Positions 10,850-21,285 of a stretch of 64,000 bases of DNA are shown in pieces (the stretch's first letter is position 1; each line of letters begins with the position of its first letter). A program made the translations under genes and the position numbers. Below the pieces are notes generated by a model. The model worked only from the letters and a program-made list of their open reading frames with translations, had not been told where the DNA came from and ran no database searches. Origin of the DNA: Spirochaetia bacterium. Lineage in GTDB: Bacteria > Spirochaetota > Spirochaetia > WTKD01 > G963693115. The stretch is from positions 128,001-192,000 of the forward strand of contig CBDDCA010000006.1 in assembly GCA_965226055.1 (NCBI GenBank), read 5' to 3'.

Positions 10850-11575
10850 TTATGTACTGAGAGTACAGTGTACGAGATGTCGCTCCTTGCCATGTGAACA
10901 AAGAAGCGGAGTAATAGCATGTATATGTATATGCGCACTGTTCTTGACATGTTCTAGCTCTTGTTCAATATTTTCTTTTCTGCCTTTGTAGAGCAAGAGT
11001 GTTGCTTGTCCTACTGCATGGACTATGGCTTCTATAAGCGGCACAGTCAGAGGGCGAAATGCTCGTGCAGTAACAAGCACAGGCTGACACATACGGTCAT
11101 GAGAGAGAGACCAATGGTATAGATTGTTATTTATCACGGTAATGGGTAATTGTATAGAAAAAACATTGTTCAATGTACTAATACTATCTTGTAGAAACGC
11201 ACATTTTTTTGGAGATTTTTCTAATAAATACCAATGAGTTGGTATATTACACGCATAAAAACACAATGCAAGTAATATACCGGGAAATCCTGCTCCTGTT
11301 CCTAAATCTACACAAGGAATACTATGCTGTGTATCACAAGGAGATGCAAGATTTTTTACGATATGTTGTACTTGCTCATAAAAATACCCTAATGCAACTA
11401 AACAATCTTCAACATGATGTGCTACTATTTCGTTAGGCCCCATTATATTTAAGGTATTTCTTCTATTGTGTAATTCTTGTAAAAAGCACTGTATTGCTTT
11501 TTGAATAAACATATTTTCTTTTGGAGAAGAAAATGGAGCGGGCAAGGTGCTTAAAAAGGCTGAGGGTTCTATCAA
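10850..11575 (-). CDS. rsmG: 16S rRNA m7G527 methyltransferase
   Basis: HHVEDCL, DLGTGAGFPGI, LEKSPKKCAFL, VTARAF, LYKG, ERHLV. Confidence 0.9.
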   Translation of the reverse strand: MIEPSAFLSTLPAPFSSPKENMFIQKAIQCFLQELHNRRNTLNIMGPNEIVAHHVEDCLVALGYFYEQVQHIVKNLASPCDTQHSIPCVDLGTGAGFPGILLALCFYACNIPTHWYLLEKSPKKCAFLQDSISTLNNVFSIQLPITVINNNLYHWSLSHDRMCQPVLVTARAFRPLTVPLIEAIVHAVGQATLLLYKGRKENIEQELEHVKNSAHIHIHAITPLLCSHGKERHLVHCTLST

Positions 11576-11614
11576 TGATGTACTATAGTGGTATCATATA
11601 ATACCATGTATTTC

Positions 11615-11968
11615 TTATTCTTCTAATTGATCGTTAAAACCGTTATGATGTTTTTTATTATGGTGTTCCTTATGATGAGTGACTTTTTCATGTTCATCTG
11701 ATAAAATCTTTTTTAGTTTATGTACAAGATTTTCAATGGCGGGATAGAGTAATTCATGTTCAGTTTCACAATGTATCTTTTTATGATGACGTTTTGTGTT
11801 TATATCTGCTTCTATCTTAAATTGGTGAGATTCTTTGATAATGCGAATATCTCCACTTACTATAAATCCCTTAAGATAATCAAATTTTGATAGCTTTTCT
11901 TGTATAAATTCTCTTGTTGTATCGCCTAGGTGATAATGAATTCCATGCAGTTGTATTTGTTCTAACAT
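11615..11968 (-). CDS. raiA: Ribosome-associated translation inhibitor RaiA/HPF
   Basis: IQLHGIHYHLGDTTREFIQEKLSK...LYPAIENLVHKL pattern; GGAGG RBS; His-rich tail. Confidence 0.8.
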   Translation of the reverse strand: MLEQIQLHGIHYHLGDTTREFIQEKLSKFDYLKGFIVSGDIRIIKESHQFKIEADINTKRHHKKIHCETEHELLYPAIENLVHKLKKILSDEHEKVTHHKEHHNKKHHNGFNDQLEE

Positions 11969-12164
11969 GTTACCTCCATATGTTCTGCTCCTTATAATAT
12001 ATATATTTTACTACATTGCTAGTATATACTCATTGTATCAAAAGTAGTATTTTTATAAAATACTATGTACAAGTTTTATGTAGATTTAAGTGAAAATTCA
12101 AATGAGAATACCAACAAAGTACCTAAACATACTATAGGAATGCTTCCTTACTGCTCTTATGGTT

Positions 12165-12200
12165 CTATAGCAAGAAAGGAGCTATCCTTTCTTGCTATAG
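12165..12200. terminator. 16-bp perfect hairpin downstream of lipoprotein copy 1
   Basis: CTATAGCAAGAAAGGA-gcta-TCCTTTCTTGCTATAG, 21 nt past the stop codon; no clear U-tract. Confidence 0.7.
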
Positions 12201-12221
12201 GTATGTATTTCTATGTATTTA

Positions 12222-15200
12222 CTATGATGTACATGCTGAACTACCAACCTTTGGATACTTGCTTGTTTTGCCAGCCATAGCTGATCCTCGAAAGTCATCG
12301 CGATGTATTCTTGACACTTTACACAATTTCCATGATGACAAATCTTGATCAAAATTAGAAGCATTCAAAAATATAGCAAGAAAATTAAGATTCCTATCAG
12401 GTGTAACCTTCCGTACATCCCAATCTCCTATATCTTGATTAAAAGCACTTGCTCCACTAAACATCAACAATACCTTGGTAACATTACTCATATTCCAGTT
12501 TCCTATATCTTGATTAAATTTAGTAGCATCAGTAAACATATTAGTCATATTGGTTACTTTCCCCACATCCCAATCTCCTATGTCTTGATTAAATTTAGTA
12601 GCACTAGCAAACATCCCCCCCATATCCATTACATTACTGGTATTCCACTGTGTTATGTCTCCATTAAAAGTACTATCTCCACTAAATAAACTAAGCATAT
12701 CAGTAATAGCACTGGTGTCTATCATGTTGAGGTTAGGGCTATTAGTATTTTGTCTCCCTGCTCCTCTTTCTGCAGTAATAATATCTTGTAGTGCTTTCTT
12801 TGTTGTTGGTCTGTAATAAGTAGCTGACTGTCCTGCTAGTTTCACCAGTCCTGTCTCTACATTGATAGTCGCAAGTACCTTTTGTCCTGAGTATGCTCCT
12901 GCAGAAGTAATGGTACACTCCACTACCTCATAGTTATACTCAGTTATAGCAGTATCATGTATGTTTGATTTATTTGCTATGCCTGTTATTGTTACTGTAT
13001 TGGTATTTTTTGTAAACGATATTGTTAAGCCTGTTTCTTCTTTGAGTGTGCTATCATCTAAGGTGCTTTCATCACAGGTAAATGATAGTCCACTAGGACT
13101 GATACTGGTAAGTACTCTCGTTGTATTTTGTGCGAGTGCTGTGCCTACTGTTGCTGATACCTTTGTGGCATTTCCTATCGCTACTGCTGGCGTACTGGCA
13201 GATACTGCTGTTGCTTCTGCTGATACCTTTGTCTTTTTGAGGCTGTTTACTGCTACTGCGGTAATATAGTACTTTGTATTCAATCGTAGGTTGCGTATTG
13301 TATAGCTTGTTGCTCCTGTTGGTACATCGTCTTTTTCTGCTCCTTCTTGTGCATCGCTTGCTCCTTGTGCCTGTGTTTTTACTGTTGCTCCATCTATGTT
13401 TGTTTTTGAGGCTGCGTAGTATACTATATAGTCTATTTGATTATCTCTTAAATCAGTTCCATCTTCTGTCGTTCCTTTCACAGTAGGGGCTGTTATGGTA
13501 AGTACTATGGTTGCTCCTTGTGCATTTGCTTGTATGGTGGGCTTTCCTGGTGCGGCATAGGCTTCTTTTGCGATAAACTCCTTGCGTAGTCCTGTTGCTT
13601 CTTTGCTGGTATCGGTGCTGTTTACTGCTTGTACTACTATTTCGTAGCTTGTGCCTACTGTCAATCCTGTCAGAGTACTGTTGGTTGTGCCTGCTGCTAC
13701 TGTTGTGGAGCTTCCTGCTGCTGTTTTTATTTGTGCTGCTGTCCTCGTTGTACTGCCACTTTTGGCTACTTTGTATACTTTGTACGATACTTGTGCTGCT
13801 GTTAGGGTGTCTCCTTTGTTTGTTTTGTGGCTTGCATTGAGGCTGGGAGCTGTCCACGATACTGTTGCACTCCCTCCTGTTACTCCTCCTACTTGTATGG
13901 TGCTTACTTCTGCGGGGGCTGTCGCTTGTGATGCGGTTGTTACACTTGCCACTGTCGATACTGCTTTTTTGCTTGTGTCTGTTTTTACTGCTACTTCTAC
14001 CACAAAGTGATACTTTGTGGCTCCTTTTATTGCTACTACTGGTGCTGTGTCTTCAGATACGCCTAAACTGCTAAGGGCTTGTACTGTGTACACTCCGCTA
14101 CTTGCTGTGCCTATGTTTACTTTTCTGCCTCTTTGTACTTCTGCTACTGTTGGTGTTGTGTCTTTCTGTAAGCCGTATACTGTGTATACGAGCTCATCAT
14201 TGCTTGTCACTGTTGTGCCATCTTTGTTTTTTGCTCCTGTTATTGTGCTTAACTGTGTGAGTACGAGCTTTATTGTTCCTGTCGTGTTTGTTGAGGGTGA
14301 TACTACCAGCTTGCCTGTTAAGGACGATGTAGGGGCTGTTGCTTTTGAGGTGGGGATAGTGCTTAATTCTAGTTTTTGTATCAGTGCAGGGTCTTTGCTT
14401 TGTGCTTTCTTTGTGGCATAAGGATTGAGGCTGTTTATTGCTTCTATGCCTATGGTATATACTGCTCCTTTTGTTCCTATAAATGTTCCTCGTAAGCTGC
14501 TGTTTCCTGCTATCTCTTGTGTTTGTACTCCTCCCATTGCTTTTATTTCCGCTATAGTTTTAGTACTCTGGTCTCCTGCTACTATGTATACTTTGTACTG
14601 TATTTGTGCCTGTGTGAGTTGTCTGTCATTGGGTGCTTTATGATTGCTGGTAATTGTTCCTTTTTGAAACTCGTACTGTACGGTATCGCTTGTCTGTGTT
14701 GATGTTTCGATAAACAGAGTGAGATTTTCTGGTGCTGGGGGGACAGTGGATACTGCATCATATACTGCTACTTTTTCAGTGAGCGTTGTTGGGGGACTTA
14801 CTCTGTTATTTTCTACTGTGAGAAAGGTAAAGCTATAGCTTTTTGCATTTGCTTGTGTTGAGGATACTTCTATGCCATCTGCTATGCCAAAGCTAATGGT
14901 GGTTGCTGTACTTGTTATGCTTTTTTCTGCTACCAGTGTTGTGCCATCTAACATACGCAGAGTGTAGTACTTATTTGATCCAGGAGCTTGCTTAAAGGTT
15001 GCTTTTATTTGTATTGCTCCTGTTGTTGTAACTAGGGCAGGCTTGCTTTGAAAGAGATCTTCTGAGGGAGCTGTAAGTGAGTTGGGCGTGCTTATGTCTT
15101 TTGTTGCTTGGGTGCTTTTATTTTCTGAGTAATCATAGGTGAGTATTGTTATGGTATATGTTTTTCCTTGCACAAGTTCTTCAACAGAGAGTGACTTTGT

Positions 15201-16896
15201 GGGATAGGGTATTTTCTTCTCGCTCAGTACTGTGGTACTTGTGCCTTTCTCTTGTATGCTTATGCTGTATTCTTTTATGTCTTTGTTATTGGCTTTTGTT
15301 GTATCGGGAGCTGTCCATGTTATCTGTGTGCCTATCTTTGCTGCTGATACAAAGGGATAGCTTGCTTGTATGTTTGTCACTGCATCGGGGGCGGTGCTAT
15401 CTGCTGCTGTGCTGACTGTGGCTGTTGCTTCTGTTCCTTTGTTGCCTGCACTGTCCATTGATACGACTGCCACTGTATACTCGGTAGTTGCTTTGAGGCC
15501 TGGTATCTGTGTGTTGCGTACTGTTCTCTCTGTTATTGTTACTGTCTTTGCTGCTGTTGTGCTGTCCTTTTCTGTTGCTGTTATAGTCACTCCTGCATAG
15601 TCTCGTACATCGGGGGCTTGCCAGCCTACTACTATGCTTGTTGCTCCTCCTACTGCACTCACATTGGTCGCTGGCTCTGTGCTTTTATCGGTTGTTGCTT
15701 GTTCTTTTGACACTGCAGTGGAGTACTTTCCGTTTTGAGAAACATACACCTCTACTTTGTACGTAAGCGTGCCGTAGAGTTTTGTGAATGCTATGCCATC
15801 TTTTGCTACATACACAGTGGCGTATTCTTTGTTTTGTGCGGTTGCACTGCTGAGTGTTGCAGTACTGCTATTGTTCACAGTTTCCTCTGCTACTACTGTA
15901 TTTGTTGCAGTTGCTATAACGCGTACTAAGAGGCTTTTGTCTGTAAAGGTAACATTTCCCCATTTGATAAGCAGGCTTTCATCGGCTGGGCTATTGCTTT
16001 TATCGTTTGCTGTTACTGTAAGATTTGCCTCTGGCAGTGGCGTTACTGTTTGTGAAAGCTGGGATGCTTGCACGCCTGTCAGTACTGTTGTAGGACTGCT
16101 TGTGTTGTCATTTCTGTCTTTGTAGCGTATTTCTACATCATAGGATATGCCTGCAAGCGTGGAGACATTTGAAAGTATAACTTCTCCTTGCTGTAGGTTC
16201 TGCACGGTAGCTTGCGCAAGCACTATGCCACCAGTCGTGCTTTTTACCACTATTGTGGCTTCGGCTATATCTGTCTTGCCTAGAGCAAGTCGTTCTTTAT
16301 CCCATGTTATCTTTATGCCATCCCCCGACTTCTCTACTCCTACCTGTGTCAATGTGTCCTGTGGTGCAGTAGTATCTATCAGTGTTGTCACAGAGCGTGT
16401 TGTTTTTGGTGATACTTCTGTGTCTTTTTGTGCCTCTATCTCTACAGTGTAGTTGGTGAGTGCTTGTAAGCCTTTGAGTTGGTACGATTGTCCTTGTTGA
16501 AAGAGTGTTTGATATTCTATTGCAGGAACACGCACCTGTATTGATTGTGCTGGTGTCGATGATGTAGCTTTTACGACTACATGTGTGGCTTCGCTGGGAG
16601 CTTCCCAGCGTAATGCAAGTGTCCCATCGTTGCTTGCTACTTGTATCTGCACATTGGACACTGATGCGAGTGTCGGGGTTACCTGTTTTCCCCCTCCGCC
16701 TGATGAGGAACTGCTACTGCCCTCCGAACATCCTACGAGTACGAGGGTAGTCATTGCTAGCACTAAAAATAATGCTACTAGAGTTAGGTTTTGCTTATAT
16801 CGAGAGTGTACCCCCCCCCCCCCCGATTTTTTTCATGCTGTATAGCTCTTTGCTTTTGTAGCTATCGTTTATCCATATTTTCATAAAAACTTTCAT
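12222..16896 (-). CDS. Large surface lipoprotein copy 1 (FN3-like stalk + C-terminal DUF285/BspA-like repeats), out of frame at a G14 tract in the leader
   Basis: AAGGAGAT RBS and ATG at 16896; G14 frameshift; lipobox LVLVG-C followed by Ser/Gly linker; FN3-like W...Y.V.V motifs; [15 protein letters not shown] 25-aa repeats. Confidence 0.85.
16811..16824 (-). repeat. G14 homopolymer (C14 on + strand) in the leader-coding region
   Basis: Directly read; G13 or G16 would join ATG 16896 to the 1513-aa ORF. Confidence 0.9.
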
Positions 16897-17013
16897 AAAA
16901 ATCTCCTTTTATTTTATTATCGTATATAGTAATTATAGTACAAAATGCTATTAATTATTCCGTGATACAAGTACTATTAGATACAGATAGCACATAAGAG
17001 AGCAAGAATACAA

Positions 17014-18075
17014 TCATCCTGCTTCCATCATTGTAATAGCTTTATGTACTCCTTGCATTGGCATATCAGATTTCTGTAAAGAGCATGTAAGACTGTATCG
17101 CCATTTTCTTGCTCCTGATTGTCCGTTAAAAAAAGGAATAAGATGACGTATAGCATGTAAGATATATGATCTCTCTTTCGTTTTTTGTGTGCTTGTCATA
17201 CAAGATTCCAGATATTCAGCATAGCACTGAGCAATAGTAAATATCACCTTACGTGAAATAGGAGTATTGTTATTTTCCATTGCACATACCTTATTATCTG
17301 CTTTCTCTCCAAAAAATAGACTATCGGCATGATAGAATAGCATAGGATTTTCTATTGCTAATCGCCCTATCATAACAGCAGAAACATGATGTAAATGCTC
17401 TTTCGCCTGTACAAAATTTTTTATTCCTCCATTTATTTCTATAGGAACAGGAGCAGAAATAGCAATACGATATACATCATCATAGCGAAGTGGCGGAATA
17501 TCTCTATTCTGCTTAGGACTGAGCCCTCCAAGTATAGCAATACGAGCATGTATTGTAAGAGCATCTATCCCAGCATTACACATTGAGGAAACAAAATGCT
17601 CTAAATATTCATATGTATCATATACAGGCATACCAAATTTAGTACCGTCAAGCCCTAAGCGACATTTAAGCGTAATAGGAACATCTACCGCTCGTAGCAT
17701 TTTCTCAACAATAGTAGCTGTATTAGAAATATCAGCCATCAGGCTTACTCCAAAACGACCTTGCTTTACTCTTTCACTAGGACACCCTGCATTGATATTT
17801 ATTCCATCATATCCATAATCAACAGCAATTTTTGCTGCCTCTGCCATATCATCTGCATTGTCTCCCCCTAACTGTAGAATAACTGGCTTCTCTTGTAAAG
17901 AAAAAGAGAGATGCCTCTTTGTATCACCATGAAGAATAGCTCCTGTGCTTATCATTTCAGTATAGAGCAATGTATATTTTGTGATATACCGCATGAGCAT
18001 ACGAAAATGTCTATCCGTATAGTCCATCATAGGAGCTATACTTATAGGATGTATTGCTTTTTTATCAGAGTACAT
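17014..18075 (-). CDS. dusA: tRNA dihydrouridine(20/20a) synthase
   Basis: SIAPMMDYTDRHFR, LYTEM, QLGG, NINAGCPSERV, IHARIAILGGLSPKQNRDIPPLRY, INGGI. Confidence 0.95.
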   Translation of the reverse strand: MYSDKKAIHPISIAPMMDYTDRHFRMLMRYITKYTLLYTEMISTGAILHGDTKRHLSFSLQEKPVILQLGGDNADDMAEAAKIAVDYGYDGININAGCPSERVKQGRFGVSLMADISNTATIVEKMLRAVDVPITLKCRLGLDGTKFGMPVYDTYEYLEHFVSSMCNAGIDALTIHARIAILGGLSPKQNRDIPPLRYDDVYRIAISAPVPIEINGGIKNFVQAKEHLHHVSAVMIGRLAIENPMLFYHADSLFFGEKADNKVCAMENNNTPISRKVIFTIAQCYAEYLESCMTSTQKTKERSYILHAIRHLIPFFNGQSGARKWRYSLTCSLQKSDMPMQGVHKAITMMEAG

Positions 18076-18188
18076 ATTGTTAGGAAATTATGTATTTTAC
18101 TCAGCTAAAGCAAATTGAAAGAACTAGCTGAAAATTTCGATAATCTATGTTGATTGTGCTATTTATTTTTGCTTGCATTTGAATAAAG

Positions 18189-19168
18189 TTATCCATTCTT
18201 TATTATCTCCTTTTGCAATCTTTTTCTTATAATATTTATGTACTTTGATTCTAACTCATATCCTATTATTTTTCTTTTGTTTCTATAACTTGCTATTGCT
18301 GTGCTACCACTCCCTAAAAATGGATCTAGTACCGTTTGCTTCTCTTGAGTAAATATTTTTATGAGATGCTCTAATAATGCAACTGGTTTCTGTGTAGGGT
18401 GTTCGGTTCTATCTTCACCTGCAGGTTTTTCAACTTTAATTACATTAGAGGGAAAATAACCATCCATAGTAACTTTTGTATCAATAAGCCCTACCTCCCA
18501 TTTATCAAAGTTATCTATAAATGTTCCTTCTAGTGGTTTTTGTGCTAACATCATTGGCTCAAAAGCAGGTTTTAATTGAGGTGTTTTTCGCCCATTTATC
18601 TTGTTTTTTAGTCGTTTTTTTCTCTATCTGATATATCTTTTTTGTCTATAAAATGATCTAGTGTAAATGCCTTTGGTTGTGCTTTTTTTGTATAATGCCA
18701 TGTCAACATATCTTTAATCCAAAATCCAGCATCTTCGCTAGCTACCGCCATTCTTTGATACAATCTCCCTTGACTAAAGGATATAAAAAAGCCACCTGGA
18801 ACTAATACTCTATAAATTTCTCTTGCAACCTTTTCAAAAAAAATTCCAAAGTTTATACTCTGCTCGGGGCTAAACTTCATGCCAGCAGGTAAATTTCCAA
18901 CTGTGTTACTGTTAGTAGTATTTATTTTTTTATCGTTCCATGTATTATCTAGCTTATCTATAAAATAGGGAGGATCAGTTAAAACAAGATGTATAGAATT
19001 ATCTGCAAGTGTAGGTAAAAAGTCAAAGCAATCTCCATCTCTTAATTGTATTCCTTCATGGAATTGTATTCCTTCATGGAAAGGGTTATCTTGAGGAGAT
19101 TTTATTGCCTCGCCTAGTAATTGATCAAAGCTCATTGGAATAGGATCATTAAATACTATTTCACTCAT
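18189..19168 (-). pseudogene. N6-adenine/N4-cytosine DNA methyltransferase (beta class) split by a 1-nt frameshift at an A7 run
   Basis: GDC...LVLTDPPY in the 5' ORF; HPTQKPVALLEHLI and VLDPFLGSGSTA in the 3' ORF; one extra A at 18615-18621 fuses them via EKKRLKNKINGRKTPQLKPAFEPMMLAQKP. Confidence 0.85.
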
Positions 19169-19692
19169 CCTATTAGCTCCTTGTAGCTTAGTTTAATACC
19201 ACTCCCTTGTTTTAGTTTTTTATTTTCATGCTTATTTTTTTCTTTTTCACCTATACACATCTCATCTATCTCTACTATTCCTGTAAGAGATTTTGTAAAA
19301 TCTACATTTTCTATTATCATTCTTATTCTGTGCATGAGAAACCATGCTGACATTTGCTGTAATCCCAACTCGTTGCTTAATTGTACAGAAGATATACTTT
19401 TTTTACTTGATGTTATCAACCATAAAGCAGCAAAGCATTTTTGTAAAGGTAACTTACAACCTTCAAAGATAGTTCCTTTTTTAATACTAAATTGCGTTTT
19501 GCATCTTTTACATTTATACACATTTCTAGTATTCAACAGAGTACTTTCATTGCATGATTTACAATTATGACATACAACACCATTAGGAAACCTTAATTTT
19601 TCCATATACTTAATACAAGTTTCTTCATCTTTGAATACTCTAAAAAAATCAGCTATACTTTTAACGATTGTACTTTTCATAGTGTTATTCAT
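19165..19692 (-). pseudogene. IS1595-family transposase with internal deletion of most of the catalytic core
   Basis: Zn ribbon CHNC/CKRC, GTIFEG, ISSVQL HTH, VEIDE then KNKH..KK..GSG joined directly to the terminal motif KLSYKELIG. Confidence 0.85.
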
Positions 19693-19812
19693 ATTACATA
19701 TAGTAGTATATTTTTAGTGGTGTGTCAATTTTTATTCACACCACACTCACGCTATATTTATGGTGTGAGTAATAAAATTTAATTTTCTATTGTTACTATA
19801 GTACCTTTACTA

Positions 19813-20967
19813 TTATAATGATATACGAGCAGCTCCTAAGCATTCGTAAGCCTGCACATTACAAGTCTCATTTTCCGTAGTATCTAATACCACAGCTGGC
19901 TCATGTTTATAAGAGATACCCTGCATCGTATCTGTATAAAACACAATGTACTGTCCATCTGCAATGCCATAATCTTGTTGTGTTAAATATGCTACCCCAT
20001 TTGTCATACTATTATTCCAATCACAGCGCACTTTCATCAATTCAGGGCCATGACGTATTTTGACATACAGTGATGACAAAGCCAAATCTTTCTCTCCTAT
20101 CCAATGAGAACGAGAAAAGTGTACCCTATCTGACTCTTGTTCGTGTAATAGATTGGCATGACATACCCACACAATATTTTCTTCAAACGATTTTTTAGCT
20201 ACATACCAAGGCCCTCCTCCTAACCCTAACCCAGTCCGTTGCCCAATAGTATAAAACCAACTTCCTTCATGTGTTCCTAAAATCTGGTTAGAATGTATAT
20301 CTACTATAGTACCTGTTTTGATACCAAGATGAAATTTCACAAAATCACGATATTTTATCTTGCCAAGAAAACATAATCCTTGACTATCCTTTCTATCCAT
20401 AGTAATTATATTATGTTTCTTTGCATATGAACGTACCGCAGTTTTCTGCATATCACCTAAAGGCATTACTAATTTTGAAAGCTGTTGTTGATTTAGCATA
20501 GAAAGAAAATAGGTTTGATCTTTTCTCATATCACTTGCTGTCAATAAATGGCATATTTCGTTCTTATCTTTGTATATCCTTCCATAATGCCCTGTAATTA
20601 CAGTATCTATATCAGAAACTCGCTCTAAAAATACCCCTAATTTTATATGACTATTACAAAAAATATCTGGACTTGGAGTTCCTCCATTTCGTAACTCATT
20701 AAGCGTATAGCTTACTATTTTCTCCTGATACTCTTGTTGTAGTGATATTACTGTATATGGTATATCTAAATCTTGAGAAATTTTTTTCACATAAGACAAA
20801 TCTTCTTCCCATGGACATTCACCTAAAAAAGAAAGCTCATCTTCTAACCAAATCTTAAGATAGTATAAATGAATGTGTCTTTTAAGAGATGGATGATCAC
20901 TCATAAATCTGTGTACTGCTACAGAACTATCCACTCCACCAGAAACAAGCGCTGCTATATGTTTCAT
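19813..20967 (-). CDS. mnmA: tRNA 2-thiouridine(34) synthase
   Basis: SGGVDSSV, TPSPDIFCN, TGHY, KDQTYFL, DSQGLCF, YTIGQRTGLG. Confidence 0.96.
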   Translation of the reverse strand: MKHIAALVSGGVDSSVAVHRFMSDHPSLKRHIHLYYLKIWLEDELSFLGECPWEEDLSYVKKISQDLDIPYTVISLQQEYQEKIVSYTLNELRNGGTPSPDIFCNSHIKLGVFLERVSDIDTVITGHYGRIYKDKNEICHLLTASDMRKDQTYFLSMLNQQQLSKLVMPLGDMQKTAVRSYAKKHNIITMDRKDSQGLCFLGKIKYRDFVKFHLGIKTGTIVDIHSNQILGTHEGSWFYTIGQRTGLGLGGGPWYVAKKSFEENIVWVCHANLLHEQESDRVHFSRSHWIGEKDLALSSLYVKIRHGPELMKVRCDWNNSMTNGVAYLTQQDYGIADGQYIVFYTDTMQGISYKHEPAVVLDTTENETCNVQAYECLGAARISL

Positions 20968-20971
20968 ATAT

Positions 20972-21085
20972 TTATGAAAAGAGCATTTGTATTAGTGATG
21001 AAAATATAACAGCAACAGTTACCCCAGCAATAGCCACTACAAACAATATCCATTTTTCTTTTGTATTTAATCGTTTCTTACTCAT
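20972..21085 (-). CDS. Small single-TM protein (37 aa)
   Basis: MSKKRLNTKEKWILFVVAIAGVTVAVIFSSLIQMLFS; stop lies 4 nt before the mnmA ATG. Confidence 0.5.
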   Translation of the reverse strand: MSKKRLNTKEKWILFVVAIAGVTVAVIFSSLIQMLFS

Positions 21086-21285
21086 CTTATTTAGTATACC
21101 ATACAGGACATTCTTGTAAGAAAAATGAATCACAAATTCAAGCATTACATACGACAAAGGAAAAAAAGTAGTTTGTAATGTCAATATTAGCCATTGAATC
21201 TGCAATTTATCTTGTATTTATTACAGTTACTACAGTAATTCATACTGTCTTAAACATAATAAAAGAAATATAAAGGAGTATTTTA

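Larger units (their letters stand above)
18083..19787 (-). mobile_element. Non-autonomous IS1595-family derivative carrying a passenger DNA methyltransferase
   Basis: 8-bp direct repeat TATTGTTA at 18075-18082 and 19788-19795; imperfect terminal IRs GGAAATTATGTATTTTACTCA / GAAAATTAAATTTTATTACTCA; IS1595-type transposase remnant inside. Confidence 0.85.

Noticed and set aside
12222-12740. Diversity-generating retroelement acting on the variable tips
   Set aside because: No reverse transcriptase or template repeat in the window; differences include indels and repeat-number changes and are not visibly adenine-restricted. A remote DGR cannot be fully excluded
12345-16845. Many + strand and alternate-frame ORFs overlapping the giant lipoprotein genes (also 22539-26748 and 34795-39310)
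   Set aside because: Antisense shadows of Thr/Ala-rich, codon-biased genes; they recur only because the parent genes are paralogous and show no RBS or family motifs
17014-18100. dusA-associated integrase island
   Set aside because: No tyrosine recombinase and no duplicated dusA 5' segment; the insertion has IS1595 hallmarks instead
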